Assembly (NCBI GenBank): GCA_976226885.1
Contig: OZ320317.1
Location: forward strand, 78,492,001-78,556,000
Length of the DNA stretch: 64,000 bases
Direction: 5' to 3'
From: Iphione sp. A-MEVVRFRX5
Lineage: Eukaryota
Shown: piece by piece, positions 1-12,624 of the stretch
Layout: each line of letters begins with the position of its first letter
How positions within the stretch are numbered: the first letter of the stretch is position 1
The notes under the pieces: generated by a model
Told to the model about the DNA's origin: nothing
What the model saw: only the letters and a program-made list of their open reading frames with translations
The model's database searches: none
Position numbers and translations under genes: made by a program

Positions 1-126
1 GGGGTATTCTGGTCTCTCAATTCTCAACAATAGATGGTAGTATGCTACCCCAGGAGGATATGGAAGATCCCTGTCGTATGATAGGTGGATATATTCCTGG
101 TAAAAGATACAATGACAATGACAATG
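1..126 (+). mobile_element. 3' end of a SINE, same family as the copy at 61033-61364
   Basis: Shares TCTCAAyAATAGATrrTAGTATGCTACCCCAGkAGGATrTGGAAGA...TTCCTGGTAAAAGA with 61269-61356. Ends in an (ACAATG)3 tail. Confidence 0.8.
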
Positions 127-1609
127 AAAAAGGGAGCACGGTAATGAACATGGATTAGCATCCTATGGCAATATTGCCCATGTAAGAGAAACTGTTTGAA
201 AAGTAAATATTTAAACAGATAGCTGGCTATCTCATCTCAAATGATTACTTTTGTTGTGAACAGGACAAGTGGGACTGCCATTTTACACATAAATGCATTT
301 TTCTCGTAATATGAACGGTAAGTACTTGAGAGTGAAGGGGCACGATGACAATTTATTTGGATTTCAGTGAATTGTCAGCGGATCCCTGTAATATTATCTA
401 AACGCCTGGACTATGTGACAACTTTAGATTGTCTTCCACGTCACACCATTTCTGTATATATGTGCAGGTTATCATCTGAATAAATAAAACGAATAAATCA
501 TCACAACATCAATATAAAACTTTGAGAGAAGTCTTACTCACCACAGTGGAAATCCTGCATAAGGATTCCCTGTAGCAATGTGCATGTTTAGTCATATATG
601 AACAAAGTATTATAAGTGTAAAGATAATCATATGTAACTACTCCATCATGGCGAAAGTTACATGATCGGGGAATATAATCAGTACGAATGTTGGTAGCCA
701 TTTGTACTACAGTACATTAGTCCTGCTCCCTAATGTTTTACCTCCTGCCTAGTCAATTCGTCCTGTTACCTTGCCACTGTATCCAGCTACTTAGATGTGT
801 TATATACCAATATATATTTTGTTAAGGCACGTACAGTACATTGAACGGGATGTTGATCTGTGCTGTGATTGTGGTGTCTAAATTAGGTAACCATAAAATA
901 GGGGATTACCCATCAAATCAGGCCTAATTAAGAAAGGCCTGTTTCTGCTAACAAGTAAATGAAAGGGTCAGATGGTAGGTAGGTTTAGTTTTCTTTTTCT
1001 TTTTTTCAATATAAATTCAAAATGGAAGCAACAACTGTATAAGGCAATATTACTTCTTCTGCTTAGATTTTAATGAAACTGGTATCATGTGAAAGCTAAT
1101 GATGTTACAAAATGGGGTATAGCATTATTCATTACCAAGATTTTGGCAAAACAACTATAAAATAAAAAAAATAACTGGCCTAAATGTAGGGTCGCTTGGG
1201 TCACAGATATTAATTACAAATGGAGGAGGAAAATGCGGGTGGTACATTACTTCAGTGCATCGAACCAATATACAAAATGTTCACTTCCCAATTCAAAACA
1301 AAAGAAACCCATCTTTTTTTAACAATATATTCTCGGAGAGTACGAACAACACGTCCATGAAAATTACTGTTACCAGGGAAAACAGTTCATTCAAATGGTT
1401 ATAGATGCATATTACTATGTGTATTCGAACCAGCGTGTCGTTTTGAGGGTCTAGGGCACGGAGTCTGGAAGCGTATAGATAACTTCTCATCCTCCCCAGC
1501 CACCTACCAATTTCTAGGTGAGTCATCCTGAAGACCAGTCTGGCCAGCCGGGCCGGCGACCTTTTCAAACAGGATTTATCTCAAAAAGACCAACTTTGAG
1601 AAGAGATTT

Positions 1610-2061
1610 TGTAACCGCGCGGGACTACTTAAGGACAATTAGTTAAGAGTGGGATGAGTCCCCTGGGAACCAAAACAGTTTGTCGCGTGTAACTCACAAT
1701 TTGTCATAGCCATTTTACAGGGGCGTGACGAAACCAGTGCAAAATCAAAACCAATAGAACTATAAAAGAAGCCCCGAGATACAAAACCAGCCTATGAGAG
1801 AGACGTCAAGTCAGACATCCGCCGATCTTAGCTCCACCAGGCAGGCGCCCGATGAACTAAGAATACCTTGTCACGTGAAGGCCTCCATGGAGACGCATTA
1901 GCTTAGGAGATAAGAGTCCAGTTTTTTCCGAAATCCAAAGGGGAGTTTTGGGAGTTGTCACGTCTCCACTGTGTTGAGTCTAGTCGGCTAAAGCTACGCG
2001 CACATCAACACACATACATACACACACCTATATACACCTGCACGGCCACACCATCGTTACA
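1610..2061 (+). mobile_element. LTR-like element (452 bp)
   Basis: TGTAAC...GTTACA inverted termini, internal CCAAT and TATAAAA, preceded by a purine run GAGAAGAGA (PPT-like). No target-site duplication. Confidence 0.5.
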
Positions 2062-2754
2062 GTCTCACATCCACACAATATTTTTTCAAATTTGTACAGT
2101 CATACAAGCCTAAAGCATCATTTAAACGGATTCAGCAAGTATCACTTACTCTCGTTTGGTCACTGAGTCCATAAGCATTGTCAACTTATCCTTTCTTCCC
2201 AAGAACTTAAGTAAATTAGGAATCAATCAAGGAAGACAACGAAACAAAGTAGTAAGGATAAAAGAGGTACGGATGAAAGACAAGCAGTGAGTGAACAGCG
2301 GCACAAATAGATGAGGGGACATTCACATTTGTTTGGTCGAAGCCTCTGCATTTCCAGTGTTTCCTTATTGGCCTTGATACCAGCCGTCTCCACTGCAACC
2401 ACCTCACGTTGGCCGTGCTTTTGCAGGAGTATTGGGTCGTCAATGACTCAGCCTTTTACTGCTTTGTTCAGTAACATATTACAACCGAGCCATTCCTGAC
2501 CCTGCACCATTCTGCCGTCCCTTACAGCGACCATTAGGGGGCAGCAGATGTGTCCTAGGCAGGTTACTGGAGAAATTAATCGCGTATGATGCCATCCTTC
2601 TTTCATTACTGAGCGGGGAGTCAGCGTCGGATAATAGCGCAGGATCATCCGGCCTTGGGTCAACCACGCAGATACAACGGGCAATTATGCGCGTCGATTA
2701 GAGTCAATATCAAAGCTGTTTTAGCTTAGTATCTAGTATCACTTCTCTTACTTT

Positions 2755-3032
2755 NNNNNNNNNNNNNNNNNNNNNNNNNNNNNNNNNNNNNNNNNNNNNN
2801 NNNNNNNNNNNNNNNNNNNNNNNNNNNNNNNNNNNNNNNNNNNNNNNNNNNNNNNNNNNNNNNNNNNNNNNNNNNNNNNNNNNNNNNNNNNNNNNNNNNN
2901 NNNNNNNNNNNNNNNNNNNNNNNNNNNNNNNNNNNNNNNNNNNNNNNNNNNNNNNNNNNNNNNNNNNNNNNNNNNNNNNNNNNNNNNNNNNNNNNNNNNN
3001 NNNNNNNNNNNNNNNNNNNNNNNNNNNNNNNN
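2755..3032. other. Assembly gap (278 N)
   Basis: Run of N. Confidence 1.
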
Positions 3033-6000
3033 TATTCATTCGAGCGTTCTAGATGGATATCTGTATTGCCAAGTTAAATCCATGAGAATCGTATGGGACA
3101 AAAGGGCAACAATATACTGGACAGGCAAGACTTCAATATCAAGCGATCAGATTGGTGATTATAGATTTATGATAGAGATGTCACTTGGAGGTTAATCTTC
3201 GTACTGCTACATAGATGACCTTCATTCTGTATGTCAAATAGGGAAAGGATTGAAAACAGGTGCTCCCAACCCACGAGTACGGATGAAAAGTTGTTACCTT
3301 TTCCAACCATGTTAACGCGAAGAGTGGGGGAGATGAGTTTAAAATTACTCGCTCGCTTCCAGCAGACATTCCCAGACAGGCTGTACGACAGAGTATGCAC
3401 TTTCCTCTCAGTGTTGAACCAACTCCAATCTTACCCCTTCTTAATGCACCAGCAGCGCTCTTGGGCAAAGAGCCCGCGGTTTCTATTACGCCACAGCGTG
3501 GATTGGCAATCAGCATAAAGGTCCAGTAATTACCGTTCTAATAGCCAGGACGACAGGGTGATCGCTACTTATAATTGGTTAACTTAAAGGGGACGCTCCG
3601 TGGCTGGAGGCCCGTACCACAAGCTGCTGGGCTTGGTCGCAGCCCCCAGCCTTACCCCCCCAACCAACCAACCAACCTCCGCAACGCTTTGATCTTTAAA
3701 TTGCCTTTTTTACAGCTTTATTACTGCGCGCAACGGATACAATTCGGAGTAGGGGCGGGGGACACGACGGGGGTGTGTGATGTTTTCTTCAATATCTTTT
3801 TTTTGTGGCCAGTGGTTGAGGATACCTCCTGATGCTCCGGACCTGTCACCGGCAGCGTAACAAGCCTCCCGTTGAAATATCGGAGCGTCGACCAGAGATT
3901 GGAAAATACGACGCGAGGTGGCCGCTACGGCAGCAGCAGGGTAATATGGCGGCCGTTCGCTTGCTGTGGGGGGGGGGGAGCTGGTGCATCGCTGCCTTAT
4001 TTGGATTGGGAAGTGCAGTTAAGCACATGAGCTGACAACGTTTGCTGTCAACTTGTGGGCTCATTGATCAGCACCCTCTCCTGGGTGTGTTCTTGGTCCC
4101 AAACTAACACCTTGCCTAATGAACGGAACACTCCGCACACAGTTAAGATTACACTTAGGTTTTATGAACAGCACTGTACTTATTTTTGGTTTCGTCCCGA
4201 TAAAATTTGCAGTAGACGCGTTGTCGTCTCAGTGTGAAACGATAGTAGCGCACCGTATGAATTCTAGGCTGCAGTTTTAAACCACAGAAATTAGAATGCC
4301 TTCAGTCATACCATATGCATATTCGAGTCCTTTTTTATTGCAAAGGAAGTTTTTTTCCAGATTACAATGAAGAAATCAATGAAAACATGTTCGAATTAGC
4401 ATTTAAACGGGTTCTTGCTGAATACACGGCTGAATCCACAGAGATGGAGATCAAAGGAGGCAAACGAGAAAGGGAAAGCCAGAGACAAGGGAACAAGAAA
4501 ACTGTATAGGGAAAAGATACAAGCAGGAGAAGAGGAGAATAAAGGATTGGTTAATGAGCAAGCCGACTTTTTCCCCTTTGATCTATATATGTACATGGTA
4601 CATATATGTAGTTGAATAGTTTTCAAGCTCATTAGCACCACCAAGTATCCATTTACAGCTAATCGTTTCCTATAATTAATTGCCTGCTCAATATGACACG
4701 ACTGTTATTGGACGTTATGGGGGTAGTCGTAGACATCTGTAGTTAAAGAACGTGTACACTGCAGGTCGAACCAGGCGCCGCCGATACGTGTACGTTCCTG
4801 TGTGCCAGCATCTTTCCGATGCACGTCTCATTATTGACATGGCTAAAAGACAAATTCAAACACCCCCTTGGACGACTGCCATATCGTGCCGCTCCGGTTT
4901 GCTCGGTGAGCATGTATTAAGATTGAAGGCAGGACCGGTTCTAAAAGACTTCAATGCAACGAAGGCTTCCCTTTACAGTTTGTTAATCATTCACTGTACA
5001 GGAGGACTCCCCCCCCCCCCGCAGCCCCCCCCCCGCAACCGGCAGCAAATCTTTCAGTTCAGTACGATATAATTGCTGTCTGATACATCATCATAGCATG
5101 TGTGTCTTAAATATTTCTGGCGGCTTTTCATCATTTATTCAAAACTGCAGTGTTTTGCAAAAAAAAAAAATTAAGAAAATCGTTCCTATCGCTAAAATAG
5201 TGGCGACAACCCCCGCATGTTTTAGAGAGTGTTTTCTATCTGTTTTACATATGCGTGTGTTGAAAAAGAACTTCTCCCGATTACCATGCAGATTGATTTA
5301 ATTTCGGTTATCGCCAGTTCCAGAAGACGGACATTTTCCCTTTCCTTCTATGGTAAATATTCATCTCGATGACACTAAACTTATACCGCGCCAAATCACA
5401 CTTTCTTGGTTTATTCACACGTGGACGCATATGGATGTCAAACAGATATGGTGGGTAAATAAGTGAGCAGTTAAATGTTCACCATAGTTGCCGTCGCAGA
5501 CGTTGAACAAGGCAAATAACAATGCTGAAGACAAAGGGTTAACTTAACAAGAAGCCGAGACGAATACGGACCACATCAACAGGGAATTTCTCGTGTGTTC
5601 CATAACTTAACATCTTTTTGTTTTGGATGCTTTATTTGTAAAACATCTTGTCGCTTTTATTATCCTCTCGGCATCTTGACGTGTTGATCATCCTCATCCT
5701 CATTCAAGGGATACAGAGAACTTGAGTCACTCATACTCTCTATACAATATTATTCTGTGTTTAAATACCAAAATAAATATTTGATAAAAAATAATTAACC
5801 GGTGTAGTATTATGTTTGGTTTTGGTTTGCAAATTTTAGTCTCCCTCAGTTTGCATTCTGACAGCGAAACGCAAGCCAGCAGCAATGATCATTCTGTGAG
5901 TGGAAGGTTTGGATAATTGAGCTCAAAGATAAACAAAGACTTGTCAAAGCTGATTTAATATCAATTTCAAGGGTAGCACCTGAGTCTCATGACATGACGG

Positions 6001-6217
6001 TTTCATACGACTATTGATTAGGAAAAGGATTTAATCAGTGATTTTCAATTAAATTCTCTTCTACACTAATAAGATAAGCAAAAGGTATGAGGAAGTGAAG
6101 CCGAGATGACAACAGGCGCATTTATGAATATTTCTATCATCGTCCTATGTCTTCCCAAAACAAAGTAATAATAAGCTTGCTTATACAGGTCTCATCTACA
6201 GGTAATTCTCATTATGA

Positions 6218-6606
6218 TGGCAGGTCCCGATACCTACATTGCATTTCAATGTGTTTGCATTGCATATGAGTCGTTGTGTATTTAACCAATGGAGCATATT
6301 CAACCGGAACATTTCTATTGCTGCTTTGCATTCCTTTCATTTGCATCATGTTTGTGCTGTTTAAAACAGACATTGCTCATAATTGTAAAGCAAACACCAT
6401 TCAAATGCATGCGTAGCCTAGAGCAGATAGCCTTTTCTTCATCAAGTTCCTCACATTTTCGGCAACACAGGGAAATGCAATGCACTGCGAATGCAACCAA
6501 CCATTCTTGCATTCATGTATCATTCCTGTCATTCCATTATATGTATATGAAGATCCAATGCACACACATGCACACCCATGCACAACCAGATATGGAGACT
6601 GTGCCC
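6218..6606. mobile_element. Older copy of the same Harbinger-type MITE family
   Basis: Right end GATATGGAGACTGTGCCC followed by TTA. The left part GATACCTACATTGCATTTCAATGTGTTTGCA resembles the reverse complement of about 14000-14038. Left boundary approximate. Confidence 0.5.
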
Positions 6607-8215
6607 TTAGGCAGGTATTACATGGGTACAATTTTCACAGAAACAATTAAATGTCTTGACGGGAGTGTGTGAATGAGTGGCCATTGATTTTAATTGACTT
6701 TCATACATGTGCAAGTCCTAACACTAACGGTTGCATTTACATGAGAGCAATCCGTCTAGGAAAGCTTTTAACGCAAATGCATGCGTTACCAATAAATTTT
6801 AACAGTGTCTGGACATCTGGAAATCATTGACACACAACCTTCTGTGGCTTTTATGCCAAGCACAGCATTTGGAATGAAAGACAACGTACACATGTAAAAC
6901 CAGCCTTTGTGTCTGTAGTACACTGCCGGTCGTACTACACCACCTGCCACGCTGCACACAGCTCTCTGAACCATACACGTGCTGAACGATTAGAAAAGAA
7001 TGGTGGCGCGTGCGACCTGCTGAGAAAGGACAAATGAGTACTTGCGACTTTCACACAACCTCACTAAACCTTGAAACACACCTGCACCGTGTAGCATTCC
7101 TAGTGCTATATCGACGCATCAGTCGAACTAATATTTTGTTAGAAAGGAGCATGCTATACAGACCGGTGTCAACGCAGCTGGACAAAGGAGGGACACAGAG
7201 TAGAGGAGGGATACAGAGTAGAGAGAACAGGACCAGTCCATGGAAATGAATCTTCTTTATTCTTATCAACAGACAAGTGAATGGGTCCAATGGATGTAAC
7301 ATTCCAACACGTTATACGTCCTGATGATGATGAGTATGTACACGTTATTTCAAGCACAGGATAGAACGTTTGCCAAAGTTAGGTCTAATCTCTGCACACA
7401 CAACTGAGGGAGTTCCACTATTTCTCTGGCTGTCACTGTCCTCTGATGAGCAATTGATGAATACACTGTTTACGTTTTTCTTCTCTTTGTTTTTTTCGAC
7501 ACGTGATTGTCTTTTGTTGGGTATCGGTTCGTGGTTGGGAAAATAAATAAGCCAAAAAGTGCACAGTGAAGTGCTGATGATGGAAACACATAGGCCTACT
7601 ATGAACGTGGGTGGGGGTTGGGGGGCAGGTTCAGATGTAGGGAATAAGGCGGGACACAATTTAGCATAAAAAGACCCTATCGAACAACAGAGATTCAATG
7701 TGCCATGTTAACCGGGGTATCGTACGCAAATATACATAACAACTAGTATGAAGGGGTTTGCTAAAAAGGAACTAGGGGTGCACAGAAATGAGATACTACG
7801 GAAAACAAAGGTTGGCATCGAACAGTGCACGGTGTGTCGAAGGCTACGCGGACGTTCGTGTCTGGGTGAATTCTACAAAATAAGCATATTTATTTGTCAA
7901 CGATAGCATTGTCATAAGTCCTTTTTGTATCGGCGGTGATTTCTGCACTTGAATATGGTCTTCTCTGCTACTGGGAATGCGTAGGCCATGAAGTATTAAT
8001 TTACATCGTACCCGTATACGTAAACTTCAGTATCCATAGGCACGCCCGATTTCAAATGTATATTTGGCTTATCCACATAGTAGTTTATCGTCACCCTAAT
8101 GTCCTTGCTCTTTCACCATAGGGGCTAAGGAGAGAGACAGACGTCTGGTACCAGCAGATATGTAGATATGAGTATATCATAGAGAGAGTTACATGCGTTC
8201 TGTTCATTAGTATGT

Positions 8216-8221
8216 TTTATT
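8216..8221 (-). terminator. First AATAAA downstream of the stop codon (candidate polyadenylation signal)
   Basis: Plus-strand TTTATT at 8216-8221, about 480 nt past the stop. Further candidates lie near 7887 and 7255. Usage unknown. Confidence 0.3.
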
Positions 8222-8697
8222 GTTCATGCTCGTACAAGACTATGTCATCATAAGTATGCTTTGGTGGCATGTGCAGTTTTCTTCAGTTCGTGATATGCAC
8301 ACCGTGATGTGCGAGGTATTGTCGCACTTACAGAGCGGAGAAGGACCTTTTTGTTCGGGAGCGCTACCATTGTCCACAGAGCAGGCCCTGTAACTCGAGC
8401 TGCTCGCTCCATTAACACGGCAGCCACGGTGATAGCTCGAGCCTCTGCTGTGTCAGCAACATGTCCCAGTCCTGCCGATGGACCGTACCCAATCCCCGGG
8501 CCTATGCACAACCGTCCTTCAAATGTGCGGCCAACGTCTTGCCGCTCTGTTGTTGTGTTTGTAATTGTACATGTGTATGTTTGTGGGTGTGTGTGTGAGC
8601 ATGTGTGTGGCCTTCTGTCCCCTCCCACTAATCCATTGCCCTCTGACTCCCCCTGTCCATCCTCCCACCCTCCCTAACGGCCCCCTAGTCGCACACA

Positions 8698-9332
8698 TTA
8701 CGTCACAATGCCCATGTAGCGTGGATAGAGCAGGATGAAGACGGCTGATGCCGTCATGCCAATGAAGAGCATCCAGAAGAAAAGCCGATCTAGTACGTGG
8801 GCGAGCTCATGCCAGTCCTGCGAGTAGTCCGCCTCGGCCTCCTCGTCGCCCGAGCTGGTTCCGCCGCCGCCGCCACCGCCGACGCCGCCGCCGCTCCCGC
8901 CGCCGCCCCCGCCAGGGCCACCGCTGACCATCGCCTCTCCGCACGAGCACAGGTTGTGGCCGTCGCAGGCGGCATTCAGCGCCGTCGTGTCCTTGACGGG
9001 CACGACGCGCGGGCCGTTGACGGGCTGGCGCGTGCCCACCGTCAAGCTGAGCAGCTCCATGTCGTCGACAACGCCGTTGCCTTCAGGGTTGAGCTGCTTC
9101 TTCTTCATGCGGCCCACCTTCTTGGAGTAGAGCTTGGCGCGCGCTGCACTGCCCCTACTACCGCCGCCCGACTGGCTGCGCACACAGACGAAGCGCGACA
9201 GGTAGGTGAGCACCAGCTTCTTGAGCCACGGCGGCACTGGGTAGCGCGCCCCGCGATGATGAACGTTGAGCACGAGCACGGTGAGGCAGATGGATATTGT
9301 GCCGAGTGTCATGGTGGCTGTCAGGTAGATCA
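8698..9332 (-). CDS. Exon 6 (terminal, 635 nt): TM3, intracellular loop with MX and MA helices, TM4, stop
   Basis: Acceptor TTCCGCAG|TG (G+TG = Val). Contains TM3 ...LTVLVLNVHHR, MX PPWLKKLVL, MA QDWHELAHVLDRLFFW and TM4. TAA at 8700-8698. Confidence 0.96.
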
Positions 9333-12085
9333 CTGCGGAAAGAGCACATCGTTAACTCGGAGGGTATGGGGAAAGCAGGACGAAGGGAAAAAATCACCGG
9401 TTGATTCGGACTTCCGGTTATCTCGAAGTTTCGTCGGACAAGTATGACTAGGGTAACCATACTGTAAATAGGGCACTGGTAGTCTATGCAATATATGAGC
9501 GTATTTCGAGGGAACAAAGTTGACAAAAATTGCCTGGTTTATTACTACAATCAGAGGTACCTATTATTGGGCATTTAATTTGGAAAAAAAACTGGCCAAA
9601 TTGTTGGAAGTTCCGTCAACTTCGGAATATCCGGCACTCTACTACAAAACAACCACGAAGCGTTATATATTTAGCAACAGTCTTAAACGAAACCTAAAAG
9701 AGAGAGGTGTCCATTGGCCATACCAGAGAACACCCCTACTCCTAGGACACCATGTAGTCTCCATTTGTTCAAACAAACATGCAGTGCTATTGTACGGTTT
9801 TGCGGAGCCATTGGTTTCTTGAGAACAGAGTTTTAATGAGAGATACTTTATTTTATAAAAAAAATATATAAATATGAAGAAAGATATTAGACTAAGTATA
9901 AAACGCGAAATACAGAGGTAATTTGAAAGTATAAATCAATACTGTCCCAGGCTTAGATATAGAACCAAAATAAAACTAAAGACCAGTAATGATTTTCCGT
10001 AAGATTAACTGTTCTCGGAGAAAATATTCCCGCAATTAGTGTTCTTATATTCAATACGTATTGACCTAGCCATAAATTGAGGAATACATAACAAATCTAC
10101 ATCAGGGGTTATCTAAATTTTCCGAATATAGTACGGGTATTTCGGGGCAGAAGACTGACTGGACTTGGTTGCTTTTCACTAAGACATTCAGGTCTGTTAT
10201 CAACAAATGTTTCTCCAATAGCCAAAAGAGTGCTCATAACGTAGAAGGGTAAATATCCTTGGGCCAAGGAATGTTTAACACGTATCCGTTTCCAACGCAA
10301 ACGCATCTTGTCACAGTATTGCATTACCAGCCGGTCCTCTATGAATGGATGTATCATTCATATGTACAGGTTGGTGACGCGAATGGATGTGTTTGCATTG
10401 TACCAGTTGGTCCAGAACGGGTTATCACGCAAACAGACGCATGAAGCCACAGAGAAGCATTGAGAAGCACAGCTGGTATCCACGTGGCATTATATAGCCG
10501 TGCTTCTCTACAGAGGACTTCACGGTAATGGATCCGTTGGAATGAAAATTACTACGGATTCATGTGAAATCCTCTTGTGAGAGCGTAATGAATCTTCCAT
10601 CTCTTCACGTATCAGGTCGTTACTCACTGAACGAATGAGTCAGCATTTTGCACAAGTGGTATTTACAACAGGCAGTATAGACGCGCACACATCACACAAA
10701 ACGAAGTCATATCGGCCCATAGCGAGTGTTAGTGCATTTCAGCCATTTCAGCCACTTATACATACGTGTGTATACAGAAATATGATCACAATGCTGCTTG
10801 TCGTGACCAGGTGTCAGCACTAGTTAGAAAATGGCAATCATATTCTGCAGTGGTATGCAAGAAACGCTGCAGGAAAATATTCATTTTCAGATTATTATGA
10901 TAGAGGAGAAAAACTGTCAGTGACTTAATATTTTTCCTTGAGGTATTGGGTATTGCAGGATGTTGTTTTGCATAATAGAAACAAAAATACTTTTAAAATT
11001 TCCACGATAAATATCAATATTAACAGTTTGTACAAAATTGTCTAAAAAATGTACTTCCCTCTGTCAGAATGGTCTGATGGAATCTAAGGACATCGTGTCA
11101 AAGATAGGAATAAACCATACATACTTGTGTCATGTAGTGGAAAGAAGGCTAAGCACACCTCAAGAGGTCAGAGGTCATACTTAGGATATTGATCGAACTG
11201 AGCGTATCCTCACTGTGCTGGATTACCATCGAAAGCGAAGGGTTGGCAATGGTGTAGGCTTTGAGAGGCTGATGAGTATGGATGATGTGATAACTGCGGT
11301 TGCTGATATCCTGTAGCCTAACTCTTCATTATGAGGCATTGCCCTATCTTCCGGCCTGCTGATTATGGTTGCTTTAAACTCTAGAGGTCTACAGCCATCA
11401 TTGGTGCTTTATCTAATTGAAAATCAGCTGTATAATGACTACTGCTGTTCTTAGACCTAACGTTAGAGACTGCAGCTACATCACGATGAAGCTATTTAAG
11501 CAGTGTCGCAAGCGCGAAATGTGCCGAAGCCATCCATTAGCATGAGATTAAAAAAGTAACTGACAAGAAATTGGAAATGATATTTGTAAATACGCATTAT
11601 ACAATTATGTTCTACTTACGGATTCGCCGCCTAAATGAAATACGTCATAAAGGTGCCGCGGCTGCTATGCTTCCAGGAAACTGGTATGATACCATCCTCG
11701 AATTCATACAATTTCAGCAATGTACTGTAGATTGCATACCGAGCCAGGAAGCAGGCAATAAAATAAATATCTAAGCACTAACAATTAGTGAAGAAAGATC
11801 ATAATTACATGCTCTCTAAATATCTAAGCTTAAGTGCCTATTCTCGTTCAAATTAAAGCGTGACTTTCTTTGTATTGCGTGACGAGAAAGAGCCCACTTG
11901 AGGGGGTCTTTGTCACCTACAAAGGAGTCAAAGAAATGCGATTAATTTAGTGCAAAGCTTTGAGAAAAGCTATCAACCCACGACTAAAGTGGTGGGAGAA
12001 GGGAGCGGGATGGGGGGCTGCTCCTGAAGCCCATCCACCTGTTTAAAGGGACGTGTGGGGGGCGGTTGGTGCGAGCTGTACTAAC

Positions 12086-12624
12086 CCATCAGAGGTATGG
12101 CGAGCGAGGTGCGGGGAATATTGTCGGCAATCATCAGCAGGAAGACAGTGAAGGCTAGCAGTACGGATATGCCGAGAGAGATCTTCTCGCCGGCATCGGG
12201 CGGCAGAAAGAAGCCGATCATTATGAGTACGGAGAGCATGACACAGGGCAGCACAATGTTCATCATGTAGAACTTGTAGCGGCGCTTCAGATGTAGCGTG
12301 AACACCACATGGGGGTAGCCTTTGCCCGGACAGCAATCCAGCACAGTGATGTTCCACTCGGTCGACGTGCCGTAGACGTGCCACTCGCCGTTGAGCCTAA
12401 AATCATGCGTGCTGATCTCGGACGACGTGTTGGTGATGTTCATCTTGGACGAATAGTAGGAGTAGGCCCCAATGAGCAGCGGACAGTGCTGCGTGTCGAA
12501 GGGGAAGTAGGTGATGTCGATGTCGCACGTCGTCCTGAAGATGCCGCCTGGTTCCCAGTGCAGCATGCCGTTACTCGAGAGCAGCACGCGGATACGCTCA
12601 AAGTCTGGTATGAGCTCGTCAGCC
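12086..12624 (-). CDS. Exon 5 (539 nt): loop E, Cys-loop, loops B/F/C, TM1, TM2 and TM2-TM3 linker
   Basis: Acceptor TCTTTCCCCAG|G, donor ATGG|GTTAGT. Contains the Cys-loop CDIDITYFPFDTQHC (C-x13-C), loop C LDCCPGKGY, pre-TM1 LKRR, and PPDAGEKISLGISVLLAFTVFLLMIADNIP. Confidence 0.97.

Noticed and set aside
921-1230. Possible MITE with GGCCTAA ends
   Set aside because: Too degenerate to define TIRs or a target-site duplication.
4330-4560. Charged coding-like stretch DYNEEINENMFELAFKRVLAEY
   Set aside because: Short, stop or frameshift follows, no family recognised and no partner exons found; possibly a TE fragment but unsupported.
8797-9447. 216-aa plus-strand ORF; likewise 12309-12689 (+) and 12043-12384 (-)
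   Set aside because: Antisense or alternate-frame shadows of GC-rich nAChR exons.
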